Source of the DNA: a virus
Reading direction: 5' to 3' (one strand)
Virus record (IMG/VR): IMGVR_UViG_3300033146_001917
Coordinates: 52,241-116,240 of that record
Length of the DNA: 64,000 bases
Part shown: positions 19,712 through 30,624 of the stretch, in pieces
Layout of the letters: each line of letters begins with the position of its first letter
Numbering within the stretch: the first letter of the stretch is position 1
The notes under the pieces: model-generated
The model's database searches: none
What the model saw: the letters and a program-made list of their open reading frames with translations, nothing else
Told to the model about the DNA's origin: nothing
Position numbers and translations under genes: made by a program

Positions 19712-20709
19712 TAGAGACTTGCTGCCAACATACATCCCCGAGCTACGGCTCTGAGTGGATCTGCAGCATGTCTTATCTCACTAATAGCTATAGGAAAGTC
19801 ACCACGACCAAGACGTTGCGAGAAAGCCTCTATAAAACCTTGAGCACGTGATGTACCTCCAGCAATAATAATTGGAATTGAATCATTAAATTTAGGTAAA
19901 TCACTTGCATCTTTTAAACGAGCTGACAAATGGCTAACTGTATAATCAATTAATCTGAGATAATAGGATGACACTGCATCTAAAATTGGATTACCAGATT
20001 CTTTACCGATAATAAATACGCCATTTTCTTTCTCTACTTGTACAACTGTATCTTTTTGTGCAGTAGATTGAGCTGCCATACGATCTATCCAGTCTCCTGA
20101 TTTAGTTAAACTTACACGAAGTACAGGTTCACCAGATGACATAACACAAACGTTTACCATACCAGCTCCGAGACTAATAGCAATTCCGGTATAATCATCA
20201 TTTTCTAGCTCAGAGTAACATATAGCCTCAGCTTCATTAAGAGGTTGTGGATTCCATCCTAGCTCACTAAGATCACGACGTAACACATCTTCATGGAATC
20301 CTGTATTAAACTCTTCTGAATCCTGGTCAACAGGTTCGGCAGGAACAGAATAAATAAGAGTTTCACCTGGGGTTTCCGGTTTACCTACTAATTGAGAGAA
20401 AATAAATTTTAGGACGCGACGAGCTTCAGGTTCATTTGGGTTAATAACTCCACGACTAAGAGGACGAAGGGCAGTAGCGTTTCGTTCAATAGCTTTTTCA
20501 ATAGCATCTTGTCCAACTACAACATATGATCCATCGTTATCACGAAAATAAGATAAACCCTTGAGTCCTTTCTCCATCATTTTACCCGCTATAGGGGTGG
20601 CGGGTTTCATACGATAAAATGCGTCTCGAAATTCAGTGTATTTGACTCCGTCTTCATGCTCTTTAGCTGTAATTAGGAACGAAGTCCCTACATCTAATCC
20701 AATACCCAT
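19711..20709 (-). CDS. actin-family ATPase (MreB/ParM-like)
   Basis: phosphate-1 GLDVGT, connect-1 LNEAEA, phosphate-2 SLGAGMVN, adenosine IIAGGTS, connect-2 VARG. Confidence 0.85.
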   Translation of the reverse strand: MGIGLDVGTSFLITAKEHEDGVKYTEFRDAFYRMKPATPIAGKMMEKGLKGLSYFRDNDGSYVVVGQDAIEKAIERNATALRPLSRGVINPNEPEARRVLKFIFSQLVGKPETPGETLIYSVPAEPVDQDSEEFNTGFHEDVLRRDLSELGWNPQPLNEAEAICYSELENDDYTGIAISLGAGMVNVCVMSSGEPVLRVSLTKSGDWIDRMAAQSTAQKDTVVQVEKENGVFIIGKESGNPILDAVSSYYLRLIDYTVSHLSARLKDASDLPKFNDSIPIIIAGGTSRAQGFIEAFSQRLGRGDFPIAISEIRHAADPLRAVARGCMLAASL

Positions 20710-20718
20710 TGAGTACTC

Positions 20719-21096
20719 CTACTTTTTTTTAAGAATGCCTGCTAATTTAGCACGTGATGATTTAATATTTTTATCTTCTTTAATTTCTTCTTTACCTATA
20801 TCCTCTATATTCACATCTTCTATATCAAGAGATAATTTAGTAGGGATAATAGATTCATCCATTTGTATGTTAGAAGAAGATTGTATATTAGATTGTGAAG
20901 AAAGAGAAGATACCCGCCCAGAACAATTATTTATTTTATCTAGAAATTCGCTCGCTATTTTGCTAGCTACTGCTTCAGCAATAGTTTTAGCCATCTTTTC
21001 AATATCAAATCCTTGACTACTTAGAATGGTAACATCTGATTTTTTAGTTCTTGTTACCATGTAAATAGTTACTCCAAATATATTAAATGATAGCAC
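20719..21096 (-). CDS. hypothetical protein
   Basis: 125-aa ORF directly upstream of the actin-like gene; start may be ATG 21060. Confidence 0.6.
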   Translation of the reverse strand: MLSFNIFGVTIYMVTRTKKSDVTILSSQGFDIEKMAKTIAEAVASKIASEFLDKINNCSGRVSSLSSQSNIQSSSNIQMDESIIPTKLSLDIEDVNIEDIGKEEIKEDKNIKSSRAKLAGILKKK

Positions 21097-21123
21097 AATA
21101 TATATTACAAGATATGGAACAAA

Positions 21124-21513
21124 TTACAATGTTAAAAATATTTCATAATTTCCTGACGAGGAAACAATTTCAATACTCTCTACAGGAAATTCACCATTAT
21201 TATCAAATGTTTCTCCAGCTGAAAGGGCAATTTCAGTAGTCTGCGTATTGTGATATCGTGTTCCGGTAGTTAGATTTGGTTCTCCAGCTGAATACATTAG
21301 ATCATTTCCAATTCGCGGCTTAAACAGTGTACGATACACATTGAACTTAACAGTTAGACTAGTAGTGGCAGAAATAGATATATTACTAGCAGGTCCACCT
21401 AGTGATTCTGTGACTAAGATAACATCACCTGAACTAGCATCTGATTGATCAAAAGTCACTTGACGCATAGAAGGTGCGACACCTCGATCTATTTGTTTGA
21501 TAATATCAGTCAT
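21124..21513 (-). CDS. hypothetical (probable virion) protein
   Basis: beta-rich 129 aa; TAATG-coupled to the upstream fibre gene. Confidence 0.6.
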   Translation of the reverse strand: MTDIIKQIDRGVAPSMRQVTFDQSDASSGDVILVTESLGGPASNISISATTSLTVKFNVYRTLFKPRIGNDLMYSAGEPNLTTGTRYHNTQTTEIALSAGETFDNNGEFPVESIEIVSSSGNYEIFLTL

Positions 21514-23270
21514 TATTTATCCTCCAGCTTGGTTTCAAGCACTTTAATTCTATCATTTAATTTTTGAATTTCATTTACAAGTACAGGAATAAAATGAGAA
21601 TAGTTTATTCCTCGCATTTCGTATGTAGGATTAATTTTTGTATACTTAGTAGTACCATCACTTTGTAACTTTTCTGTCACATACTCTTCACTTGTTGGGA
21701 CATAATCTTTATCCACTTCTTTTCGAAGCACCTTGTAAGCTATAAATTCTGGTCGTATTGGAAACAGTTCTTCAGCAATAATACCCCAAGACTTTTTCTT
21801 AATTGGCGAATCCTTGTATTCAAAATTTACAGGACGCACAGTGTATAACCAACTAGTATCTTCCATATCAACTATATTTTGTTTTGTAATACGAATAGAA
21901 GATGGAATACCAATATCACCAGTTGATGGATCTATATTTAAATCGCCTGAATAAGCAGCACCAGATGGTGCCTCGCCATAACATATAGTTCCACCAACTG
22001 TTAGATCTCCATCACAGTCGATACTATCGCCAAATGTAGCTGATTCAGAACAGTAGATACCACCGTCAAATGTTGCTAATCCATCACAGTCGATACTATC
22101 CCAAAATATTGTTGATTCTGCCACTTCAAAACTAGCTTGTACAGCAACAACATTTTGGGATGGCGCTATAGCTAATATATCATCACCATAATAAAACGTA
22201 TCTGTATCATATTTTGCTATTGTATGTTCACCAGTACTATCATCCAAATCTATCCAGACACCTCCTGACCCAGATGCGTTCCTACTCCCTAATGTGATTA
22301 TATTATCTATTTGTAATCCGTTACTACTGATAGACATGCGTTCTGTTAATGTTCCACCCCAAGGAGTCTGAAAAACAATTTTCCCAGCTTCATTGTTGTT
22401 AGTAGTATCTGTAGCTATAGCACTAATACGTCCAAATTCACATTTAGTATTATCACTGTTATTTAAATACAACCCTACGTCTATTGTATCATCATTACCA
22501 TTACTCCCTGTTCTATATAAATCCAAGATAGTATATGCTCCAGCATCCGTATTAGTAGATGATATAGATGCTTTATCTTCATTGACTGTAAATATAGAAT
22601 TTGTATTATGTTTGATAGCTAGTGACGCTGAATCTATTGCGACAGTATATTCATCGATATGTAGAGATGTTGGACCAAGATATAAATCTTTCCATCGTTT
22701 GCTTGGTGATCCTAGGTCATAAGTATCATCTGTATGTGGGATAATGTTAGAGTCAACATCTTCAAAATCTACCGTTTCAGAATTTGCTGCAACAACATTT
22801 ACTTTAGTCATAACTTCAGCTAAAGCAGTTTCTACATTAGTTGAAGTATACAGTGTGGCATTATCGTCAATAGGTACTTGATCTGCATCTATTGAGATAT
22901 TGTTGAGATGATAATCTAAATTACTCTCTAGTGTAGCAATGTCAGAATAGACATCTCCAAATTGTTCAAAAATTGTATGTGGTCTACTTTTGATATTATC
23001 ATAATAGTCAGCATGACTAGATGATGTGGCATCATGCTTTGTGTAGATACTATTACCGTCTATCCCATCAGTGAATGCATCTATTCCAGTATCAGTAGGC
23101 AATGTGTTGGTAGCAGGAACTAAATTAATATTCCATTGCGAAATAAGAGCCTGAAGATCATGTGATACTTCTAACGTCATATCATTAATATCGTTAGATG
23201 ATGTAGGACCATTGTTCCGTTGGTTGCGTGCAACTAACTGCATTTGTATCGTACTTGGCTTATTACCCAT
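21513..23270 (-). CDS. tail fibre protein with C-terminal intramolecular chaperone (peptidase S74-like) domain
   Basis: YDLGSPSKRWKDLY; SS.R.TKQNI...RPVNFEYK...WGIIAEEL...INYSHFIPVLVNEIQKL plus terminal coiled coil. Confidence 0.8.
   Translation of the reverse strand: MGNKPSTIQMQLVARNQRNNGPTSSNDINDMTLEVSHDLQALISQWNINLVPATNTLPTDTGIDAFTDGIDGNSIYTKHDATSSSHADYYDNIKSRPHTIFEQFGDVYSDIATLESNLDYHLNNISIDADQVPIDDNATLYTSTNVETALAEVMTKVNVVAANSETVDFEDVDSNIIPHTDDTYDLGSPSKRWKDLYLGPTSLHIDEYTVAIDSASLAIKHNTNSIFTVNEDKASISSTNTDAGAYTILDLYRTGSNGNDDTIDVGLYLNNSDNTKCEFGRISAIATDTTNNNEAGKIVFQTPWGGTLTERMSISSNGLQIDNIITLGSRNASGSGGVWIDLDDSTGEHTIAKYDTDTFYYGDDILAIAPSQNVVAVQASFEVAESTIFWDSIDCDGLATFDGGIYCSESATFGDSIDCDGDLTVGGTICYGEAPSGAAYSGDLNIDPSTGDIGIPSSIRITKQNIVDMEDTSWLYTVRPVNFEYKDSPIKKKSWGIIAEELFPIRPEFIAYKVLRKEVDKDYVPTSEEYVTEKLQSDGTTKYTKINPTYEMRGINYSHFIPVLVNEIQKLNDRIKVLETKLEDK
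22009..22100. repeat. 20-nt direct repeat (CCATCACAGTCGATACTATC) 72 nt apart, coding DSIDCDG
   Basis: exact copies at 22009-22028 and 22081-22100. Confidence 0.85.
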
Positions 23271-23271
23271 A

Positions 23272-25482
23272 TTAGTCTCCTAACTTAACTCGATATGATT
23301 GAAGAACTGGTGTAACTGTTTGGTCTTTTGTTGTTAAATCAGCTCTAAAGCGAAAATATTTCTTAGCTTGATTTCTTAAATGGAACTTTATCATGAAACG
23401 TTCATTCTGAGAATCAGGATTAGCAAGATCGTCCTTAACTAAAAATACTGTAGTGGGTACATTGCCTCCTGTATGTGTACCAGGAGCATCTATGTCAAAA
23501 GCAAAATAAGAATATTGATTTCCTGCTACATTGTGGAAGAAATCAAATTTAGATATTTTTTGTAAAAATAATTCAGAAAAAAGATCTACCCCGGAATAAA
23601 TTTTTTCTTCTATATCTGAATAAGCATCTCCATAATCATACCCTTCTATAAGTAATTTGTGGTTAAATGGATACTTTGAATCTGCTTTTTTTAATTCATC
23701 TAATGATGATAATTGTGGTTCAACAGGAAACCAATTATCTTTATGTATCTTTACTTTGTGTACACCAAATGGGAAAAGTACATTATTCTTTTTCTTTTCG
23801 TCATCAACAAATAATACATTACTTCCAAAGTCAATAGTTACTCCATTAGGATTTTGGATATCAACAATAGTCGAATACCATGGATCTAAAAAATTCCATC
23901 CTCTCTGGATCCCTCGAACTTGATGGTCAGGGTTAGTCGCATCTAATCCTTTAACACCAATGTTGCGAAATACCTTTAATGTTTCAAAATTAATATCTAC
24001 ATCAGTAGCTAATTGATAATTCAATATTTTATCTTCTGGGTTAGCAAATGTGTAGCGTTGGCTACTGGCATTGGTAACAGTATCTTGAATTCCATTAATA
24101 GGATCAGTATGTAACAAATGAAATGTTTCTGCTGGGTTAACAAGTATAGTAGCAGTAGCATCATATGACAATCCAACTATTTCAGAATCAGAAATTTGAT
24201 CTTCGGTGTCTCCAAAAATAAATTCAGTAGTTTCTCCTACAGTAATCATAAAGGGATACAATTTTTCTATACGTTCCTGTGGATCAAGAGGGATCCATAC
24301 AGTGCTAGAGGTAACAGGAACATTTGGATCATTGCTCGTTGTTAAGTAATAACGAATAGATGTGTCTGTTTCTATAATCTCACACGCATTTAATAGTAAT
24401 TTTTGAAATGAAGTTACTTTATTGTCTTCATCAGTTACGAATAAAGGTATTGAATAAAATGATTGTGCTGTGTCTATAGGATAGCTATCACGCCAGAAAG
24501 AAATACTTTCAAATCCAAATTGATAATTATAACGAGTCTCATTAAATCCTGGATCAGGCCCATCTTTAGTTAATATAAATTTGATCCACTGAGTCTCAAT
24601 TTCTTTAAAAGTAAACAAAGCTTTTGAGCGAACCTGCTGTGATGGAGATTCAGTAGGGAGTTTTTTCCAATTTGTATTATCTGTAGAGTATAAAGGAGTT
24701 ATATTCATATTGCCAGACTGCATAGAATCATGCAGTATCATAATGATTTTAGAAATACTTATTGGATGATTTGGATCTAAACGTACTGTCAGTTCTGTTG
24801 TAACAGGTTTCATGGTGTTCATTTCAATAGTTGTCCACCATGTTGATGTGTCTTGACTAAATATCGTATCTAGATTGTTATTTGTAGTATCTATACGTGT
24901 TACGAAGTCTACTGTAGTACGTACCTTAAATGATAGATCATAAGTAATATCAAGATTTTCTAACATGACACGTTGCAATGACGAATCAGTTGAATGTAAT
25001 GTGATAGTACCTGTAGTTAGGTCAAAACCAATATCTGACAATGTTGAATCCACTAAAGACATATCGGTAAAATTATCTAAGACAAAATTGTAATACCCTG
25101 TAGAATCTTGAGTAATAAATAATAAATTTTCTACTCTATCTTCAATATCTATCAATCGTTTTTCTAATACTGACGTTTCAATGTTCCATCTTTCATATGA
25201 ATTGATAGCTACTTGTGTTAATCTTTTCATTTCAGTATACAAGACTTGCAATTCTAATCGTACCAAATTGAATGTATTATTAAATTTACTAGATGATGAA
25301 CTGTCTCGATGTGCTACGTGATGATCTTCAGCAACAAAACGAGGCTTACTAAGATCGTAAGTGTTATTGAGCGTTTGAATTTCAGTTTCTAGAGTAGATA
25401 CAGATATTGCTACACCTTCCTGAAGCTTAGTTTGTATATATTTATCCAATAACAAATGTTTGTATGTGTTCTCTATACTCAT
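23272..25482 (-). CDS. virion structural protein (baseplate/fibre-attachment family)
   Basis: 736 aa; shares an N-terminal helix motif with neighbouring genes. Confidence 0.6.
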   Translation of the reverse strand: MSIENTYKHLLLDKYIQTKLQEGVAISVSTLETEIQTLNNTYDLSKPRFVAEDHHVAHRDSSSSSKFNNTFNLVRLELQVLYTEMKRLTQVAINSYERWNIETSVLEKRLIDIEDRVENLLFITQDSTGYYNFVLDNFTDMSLVDSTLSDIGFDLTTGTITLHSTDSSLQRVMLENLDITYDLSFKVRTTVDFVTRIDTTNNNLDTIFSQDTSTWWTTIEMNTMKPVTTELTVRLDPNHPISISKIIMILHDSMQSGNMNITPLYSTDNTNWKKLPTESPSQQVRSKALFTFKEIETQWIKFILTKDGPDPGFNETRYNYQFGFESISFWRDSYPIDTAQSFYSIPLFVTDEDNKVTSFQKLLLNACEIIETDTSIRYYLTTSNDPNVPVTSSTVWIPLDPQERIEKLYPFMITVGETTEFIFGDTEDQISDSEIVGLSYDATATILVNPAETFHLLHTDPINGIQDTVTNASSQRYTFANPEDKILNYQLATDVDINFETLKVFRNIGVKGLDATNPDHQVRGIQRGWNFLDPWYSTIVDIQNPNGVTIDFGSNVLFVDDEKKKNNVLFPFGVHKVKIHKDNWFPVEPQLSSLDELKKADSKYPFNHKLLIEGYDYGDAYSDIEEKIYSGVDLFSELFLQKISKFDFFHNVAGNQYSYFAFDIDAPGTHTGGNVPTTVFLVKDDLANPDSQNERFMIKFHLRNQAKKYFRFRADLTTKDQTVTPVLQSYRVKLGD

Positions 25483-28400
25483 TAGAATAATGATCCTCGT
25501 GGTAAAATTTTCAACGCATAATCTTTGACTACTGGAGTAAAATAATTTCGTAATCCTGTTATATTTTCGCGTGATTTTTTAACATATTTATAGTTAACAA
25601 GATAGTAAGGCGACATTCCAACTAAACCAAGTCGTGGTAATTGTGAACTTCTTAATATTTCATTGTCGTTAATACGTACAATTCGGTTCACAATATCTAC
25701 CTGATATGAATTTGGATCTAATAATCTAGCAATGTTATATTCAATTCTATAATCGGAATACTGATACTGAGCAGTAATGTTCCAAGACGAATTTATTTTT
25801 CGTTGTGTATAGACCTTACCTAATGAATAGTTAATTGAGAATAAACCATAATCAGATTCGTTTACATTGTTATAATAATATGTGATAGTTCCTACATTTA
25901 TATTTAGATTATCTAAATATAACTCTATAGTATTATTGGCCCTATTAATTCGATATTCTTTATCTGAACTAGGCTCATAGCTAACTTCGCTAACAAATAG
26001 ATTATCGTTAGAAAATACAACAGGATATGTATTGTCTAGTAGAATACGTTCTTTCAATGTGAATGTCTGGAGCCCACCTAAATGATCTGTCAATGATTCT
26101 TTTGTATCAGCAGCATGCATACCAAATTCTGATTTTCCATCAATATAAAGTATTTCTTTTAAGAATGGATTTTCATCAGTAGCTATAGCAGTTCCTGCAT
26201 TAGTAACAGTAAAAATAACACTATCTCTAACTATATGTAGTGTAGGCAAATCAAATGCATTGCTATTGTTATCAACAACAATATTTGTAGCTGTAGCATC
26301 TATAGTTTTCCAAACAGAATCATTAATAGAGATACTATCATGTAGCGTATCACTGGTAGTCCAATCCCAGTCATTATCACTCAACTTAAAAATAGGTTGA
26401 TAAGTATAAGATACGGCTGTATCAATATCTGATGGTGTAGTATCACTAGAATATATGACTCCATTAGTCTTATCAATAGAGTATTGGCCAGATGCTAACT
26501 CTTCAGAACCGTTTATAAATTCGACTTTTGTTTTAGATGCAAAAAATGTAGATGATTCAATCCCTGAAATATCAATTAAATTATCGTATGTAAGACGAAT
26601 AATGGTTGCATGTTTAGAAATTAATTCAGTATGTTGGGTAATAATTCCATATTGTTTTATAGCAATATCATGCTTATTGTTGCTAGTAGCATGATTTAGC
26701 TTAGCTACATATCCATCATCAGTACGAACGGGATTAAGTTTTTCTATATCTAACCACATAGTGATAGTTTGTTTTGAAGTAGGTATTTTGCCATTTGTAC
26801 CATCTCCAAATTTTAATACACTATCTACATTATTGAATGTATACACTTCATCTGTGGTGGAATAATTAGATAATTCTTGTGTTGCATGAACCCATTCTTT
26901 GCCTCCTACAGCTATATGTAGCCATTCGGATGACGGAGCAGGAATAGTTATCCATTTATTGGAACGTAAAACTTTCTTATATGGGCGAGGATAATTTTTT
27001 ATAGGGAGACGATATGTATTACTCTCGGAATTTTTTGCATCATAACTAATAAAATATGGTGTATCCGGTTTGCCACAACTACCATATAATGGATCTATAA
27101 TAGATATGCTATTATCTACTGGTGCTTTCTCAAGAGAGAATTCATTAGGTGACGTGCCTGGAATAGAGTGAACTTCAATTCTATCTTCAATTATTTCTTT
27201 AAACGAAGAAGCTCCATCTAAAAAAGCATCATCCTTTCTATCTAATTGAATCTTAACACTAATGTCTTTAACAGTGCCTACAGTATTAATAGAATTTGGA
27301 TCACTATTATTAAAATTTAATACTTCTGGTAATCCTACTGTACCAGTAACTCCATCTAGTTGTTGAGGTTGTATTTCGTACCAATTAGTTTTATCAGTAG
27401 AAATAAAATATCTAATAGATACTAATTCGGATAGCTCAATTGGATTCTGATTGCTATACAAGGATACTTTACTAATTGCATTTGGTACGCTAAAAGCAGT
27501 AGATATTAATTCGCCATGTGCTTCATACTGTAATCCCTGAACTATTATATCTCGTATTCCTATAGCATATCTAAGCTTTTCTCCTGAAGGCGTATCTATT
27601 GCATATGGTTCATCTTGTCTAAATAACAAATGTATATATTTAACCTGTCTAGGTGTGAATGTATAGATTCCTTGACCGGCATATTTAGATGTAGCAGGAG
27701 CTAAAGTAAATGTATTATCTTCATCTATAGTTAAGAAACCATTGATAGGAATGTCATCTTTAATTGAAGTATATAGATCTCCATCTATAGATGTGTCTAT
27801 AGCATCTATATGTACTACTGTACGAGTTCCGAAATTGTTTGGATTAATAGTGATATTATTTATTATTGTAGGTTTATCTAATACCAATGTCATACCTAGC
27901 TGTAATGCTGTATCAGAATCTGTAATTTTATCTACAACATTTTCATACTCTACCCATGTATCTGGATTGTTATCCAAGATGGTTGTTGTGTCTCCGTTAA
28001 AAACAGATCCTAATTGTTGATTATTTCCTAATACTCCATTTGATATTGAATCTATAATTGGAATTTTAGTTATCTTAATAATTGCATCTGTATCTTTATT
28101 CACTGGCAGAGTTACTATACCCTCTGCTTGATTTATCGCACATTGATTAGTGTTGAGTGGTACAACATTGTCTATTCTGCTTAGATTATTGAAACTTTCT
28201 TGAAACAAAATTACATCTTTTACTGGATGTTGGGCGTACAACATGTAATCGCCCAGCTTAGAGGCTATTGACTTTAATCTAGCAGTTAGCCTATTAGACT
28301 CTGTTATAACATAGTTAAAATTCTCTACTGTAAGACTTTCTGTATTTTCTATTTCAGAAAAAATAATTGTTAGATCGTCTAACAGGTTATTCCAAAGTGT

Positions 28401-28634
28401 ATTATATATTGTAATGTCTGGTAATTGATCAGCAGATACATTAGAGATAGATGTTATTGGAGTATCTAATGTAGCATAGAATGTTTCAAGGATACGCACC
28501 GCCTCTAAAAAAAAACCTTCTTCAGTTTGAAATTCACTAGATTTAAGACTGCTTTGAAGCGTAACAGAAAGCTTATCTAATTTTTTTTTCAACAATATGC
28601 TTTTATCTTTAATAAAATTTTTGTTAGCAGGCAT
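25482..28634 (-). CDS. virion structural protein (baseplate wedge-like)
   Basis: 1050 aa; LKFGDGTNGKIP wedge-type motif; YSID..NG.IY repeats. Confidence 0.65.
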   Translation of the reverse strand: MPANKNFIKDKSILLKKKLDKLSVTLQSSLKSSEFQTEEGFFLEAVRILETFYATLDTPITSISNVSADQLPDITIYNTLWNNLLDDLTIIFSEIENTESLTVENFNYVITESNRLTARLKSIASKLGDYMLYAQHPVKDVILFQESFNNLSRIDNVVPLNTNQCAINQAEGIVTLPVNKDTDAIIKITKIPIIDSISNGVLGNNQQLGSVFNGDTTTILDNNPDTWVEYENVVDKITDSDTALQLGMTLVLDKPTIINNITINPNNFGTRTVVHIDAIDTSIDGDLYTSIKDDIPINGFLTIDEDNTFTLAPATSKYAGQGIYTFTPRQVKYIHLLFRQDEPYAIDTPSGEKLRYAIGIRDIIVQGLQYEAHGELISTAFSVPNAISKVSLYSNQNPIELSELVSIRYFISTDKTNWYEIQPQQLDGVTGTVGLPEVLNFNNSDPNSINTVGTVKDISVKIQLDRKDDAFLDGASSFKEIIEDRIEVHSIPGTSPNEFSLEKAPVDNSISIIDPLYGSCGKPDTPYFISYDAKNSESNTYRLPIKNYPRPYKKVLRSNKWITIPAPSSEWLHIAVGGKEWVHATQELSNYSTTDEVYTFNNVDSVLKFGDGTNGKIPTSKQTITMWLDIEKLNPVRTDDGYVAKLNHATSNNKHDIAIKQYGIITQHTELISKHATIIRLTYDNLIDISGIESSTFFASKTKVEFINGSEELASGQYSIDKTNGVIYSSDTTPSDIDTAVSYTYQPIFKLSDNDWDWTTSDTLHDSISINDSVWKTIDATATNIVVDNNSNAFDLPTLHIVRDSVIFTVTNAGTAIATDENPFLKEILYIDGKSEFGMHAADTKESLTDHLGGLQTFTLKERILLDNTYPVVFSNDNLFVSEVSYEPSSDKEYRINRANNTIELYLDNLNINVGTITYYYNNVNESDYGLFSINYSLGKVYTQRKINSSWNITAQYQYSDYRIEYNIARLLDPNSYQVDIVNRIVRINDNEILRSSQLPRLGLVGMSPYYLVNYKYVKKSRENITGLRNYFTPVVKDYALKILPRGSLF

Positions 28635-28635
28635 A

Positions 28636-30624
28636 CTAATCCTCGAATCTGGTTAAACTTTTTTCACTACCTAGCAAGGTGTAATTTTCAAGAACAGAGG
28701 TGTATAATGTAGCAGATGAGTTCTGTCTTTGTATCACTATTAAAAAATATTGTGACGAATCGTCTTGACTATCAATAGTAATTAACTGTCCTCGATTACA
28801 TCTGATTGATAAATCACCTATCATATCAACTACTTGTAGTCCAGTTTCAGATAAAAATTCCCCATATGGAGGATTGGGAACTGACATTGTGGTAGATGTT
28901 ACGGGCGTGTAAGAAGCAGTATAGATATCATTAGGTAACTGACCAACAATTTGAATATTCATGCTCATTGGAGATGAATTATTAGGTGTCCTGTTAGCAG
29001 CAGTATTTACATTAGTCTGTTTCCAACCTACAGTAGCTAGTGCATCGTTATCGATATTTGGCAATATAACGCCATTGCAATAAATGCATATATTGCTATC
29101 TGTCATTGTTGAATAGAAAATCAGTTTACCAATATCATTACTTGTTTTGTGTATATCACTTTTTTGGGTTAAAAGTAAACGTTCATGATGTATTCTACTT
29201 ACCCCAAGAGGAAGTATTGGGAATACATCTAGAGGTGTGTGTTTGTTCTTAGTACTTTTTTTGTAAACCCAATATTCTAAACTAGATAAATACACATTAG
29301 TATCTACAGAATCATAAGTTGTACTACTATACGAAAATTGATTAGTATTAAAATCAACAATAGGACGTTTTTCCGTTGTTCGTAAACCAAGTTGGCCATT
29401 GCCTTCTAATTGCAAAGGTTTAGATACGTAAATACCACGTGATCCATATTGAACTGTACCAATTCGTATATTATCAAATCCAATATTAAATTTATATCCA
29501 CTGATGAGACCAGGATTAAAAGGTGTTATTCCTGCAACAGTTTTTACATTTGCTGAAGATATAACTGGATCTAATATACTATTAGATCGTGCCTGGGTAG
29601 ATACTTCAGTAAGATTGTTGGTAGAGCTGCTATACATAGTGTCATAATTAATATTTCGAAATGTAAGTAGTATTTTGCGAGTTTGTGTTTGAGGTATCTG
29701 AACACTAACAAAAGACTTTATTGATTGTTCAACAATAGGTATTGCCACGTAGACATTAGATGTATTTAAATAATGAATTGCTTCTAGTATAATATCATGT
29801 TCTGAAATACTTTCTATTTCAATAGAATTAATATCTTTAGGAATACCAAGGTCAAATTCTAACTTAGATTTAATATAAGGAACAGCCGTAGATAAAATTA
29901 TAGACTGTTGCCAATAAGTTCCATCTTGATTATCTATAATTGACGCTATTGCATTATCGTTTGTTTCAATAATGTTATTACTTTGAGGACATGATTCATC
30001 AAATATTTGTTCTACATTAACTATAGAATAATTAGTTTTTTGTTTTACAGGTAGTGTTAAGCGTTCACCAACTAGATCTATATTGCTATTCTCAACAGGC
30101 AAGATCACTTCTTGTAATCGTGGATCTATAAAAAGACCAGTGGTGCTATTTTCTCTAACTGTGCTTTCTCCAGTTGCTTCTCGAAAAGTAGAAAATATAG
30201 CTTGTGAAAATCCATGTGTATTTTTGTTAAGTATTTCATATAATGATATTCTAGATTCTAATTCGCTAAGACTAGTGTAAATATTTTTTAAAATAATATC
30301 TCGAACTAATGCATGATGTGCTTGCTGGACATCGTTTATATTATTGGCTTCTTCAAAAGAAGCTATTAAATCATCTTGAACTCGATCTAACATAAAATTA
30401 AATTGAGCCGAATCAATAATGTCTCCCTGTTTAGGGATATATAATTTAAGTAATGGTTGCAATAAAGTGCCAGTCAACTCACGAATTAGATTATTTAATT
30501 CTTGCGAAAAAGTATCAATGCTACGTATTTCTCCTATATTTTTCTTCTTTTCAAGAAGCTTGATTATCTGAGTAGCTTGACGACCTTTAATAGAACCATT
30601 GAATTTTGTTAGATATTTAGTCAC
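28636..30624 (-). CDS. virion structural protein
   Basis: 662 aa; paralog-like to the two downstream genes; GTG start overlapping upstream TAG. Confidence 0.6.
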   Translation of the reverse strand: MTKYLTKFNGSIKGRQATQIIKLLEKKKNIGEIRSIDTFSQELNNLIRELTGTLLQPLLKLYIPKQGDIIDSAQFNFMLDRVQDDLIASFEEANNINDVQQAHHALVRDIILKNIYTSLSELESRISLYEILNKNTHGFSQAIFSTFREATGESTVRENSTTGLFIDPRLQEVILPVENSNIDLVGERLTLPVKQKTNYSIVNVEQIFDESCPQSNNIIETNDNAIASIIDNQDGTYWQQSIILSTAVPYIKSKLEFDLGIPKDINSIEIESISEHDIILEAIHYLNTSNVYVAIPIVEQSIKSFVSVQIPQTQTRKILLTFRNINYDTMYSSSTNNLTEVSTQARSNSILDPVISSANVKTVAGITPFNPGLISGYKFNIGFDNIRIGTVQYGSRGIYVSKPLQLEGNGQLGLRTTEKRPIVDFNTNQFSYSSTTYDSVDTNVYLSSLEYWVYKKSTKNKHTPLDVFPILPLGVSRIHHERLLLTQKSDIHKTSNDIGKLIFYSTMTDSNICIYCNGVILPNIDNDALATVGWKQTNVNTAANRTPNNSSPMSMNIQIVGQLPNDIYTASYTPVTSTTMSVPNPPYGEFLSETGLQVVDMIGDLSIRCNRGQLITIDSQDDSSQYFLIVIQRQNSSATLYTSVLENYTLLGSEKSLTRFED

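Noticed and set aside
20584-20605. Inverted repeat ACCCGCTA-TAGGGG-TGGCGGGT as a terminator
   Set aside because: Lies inside the actin-like CDS and lacks a convincing U-tract on the sense strand; may be two cores of the dispersed motif
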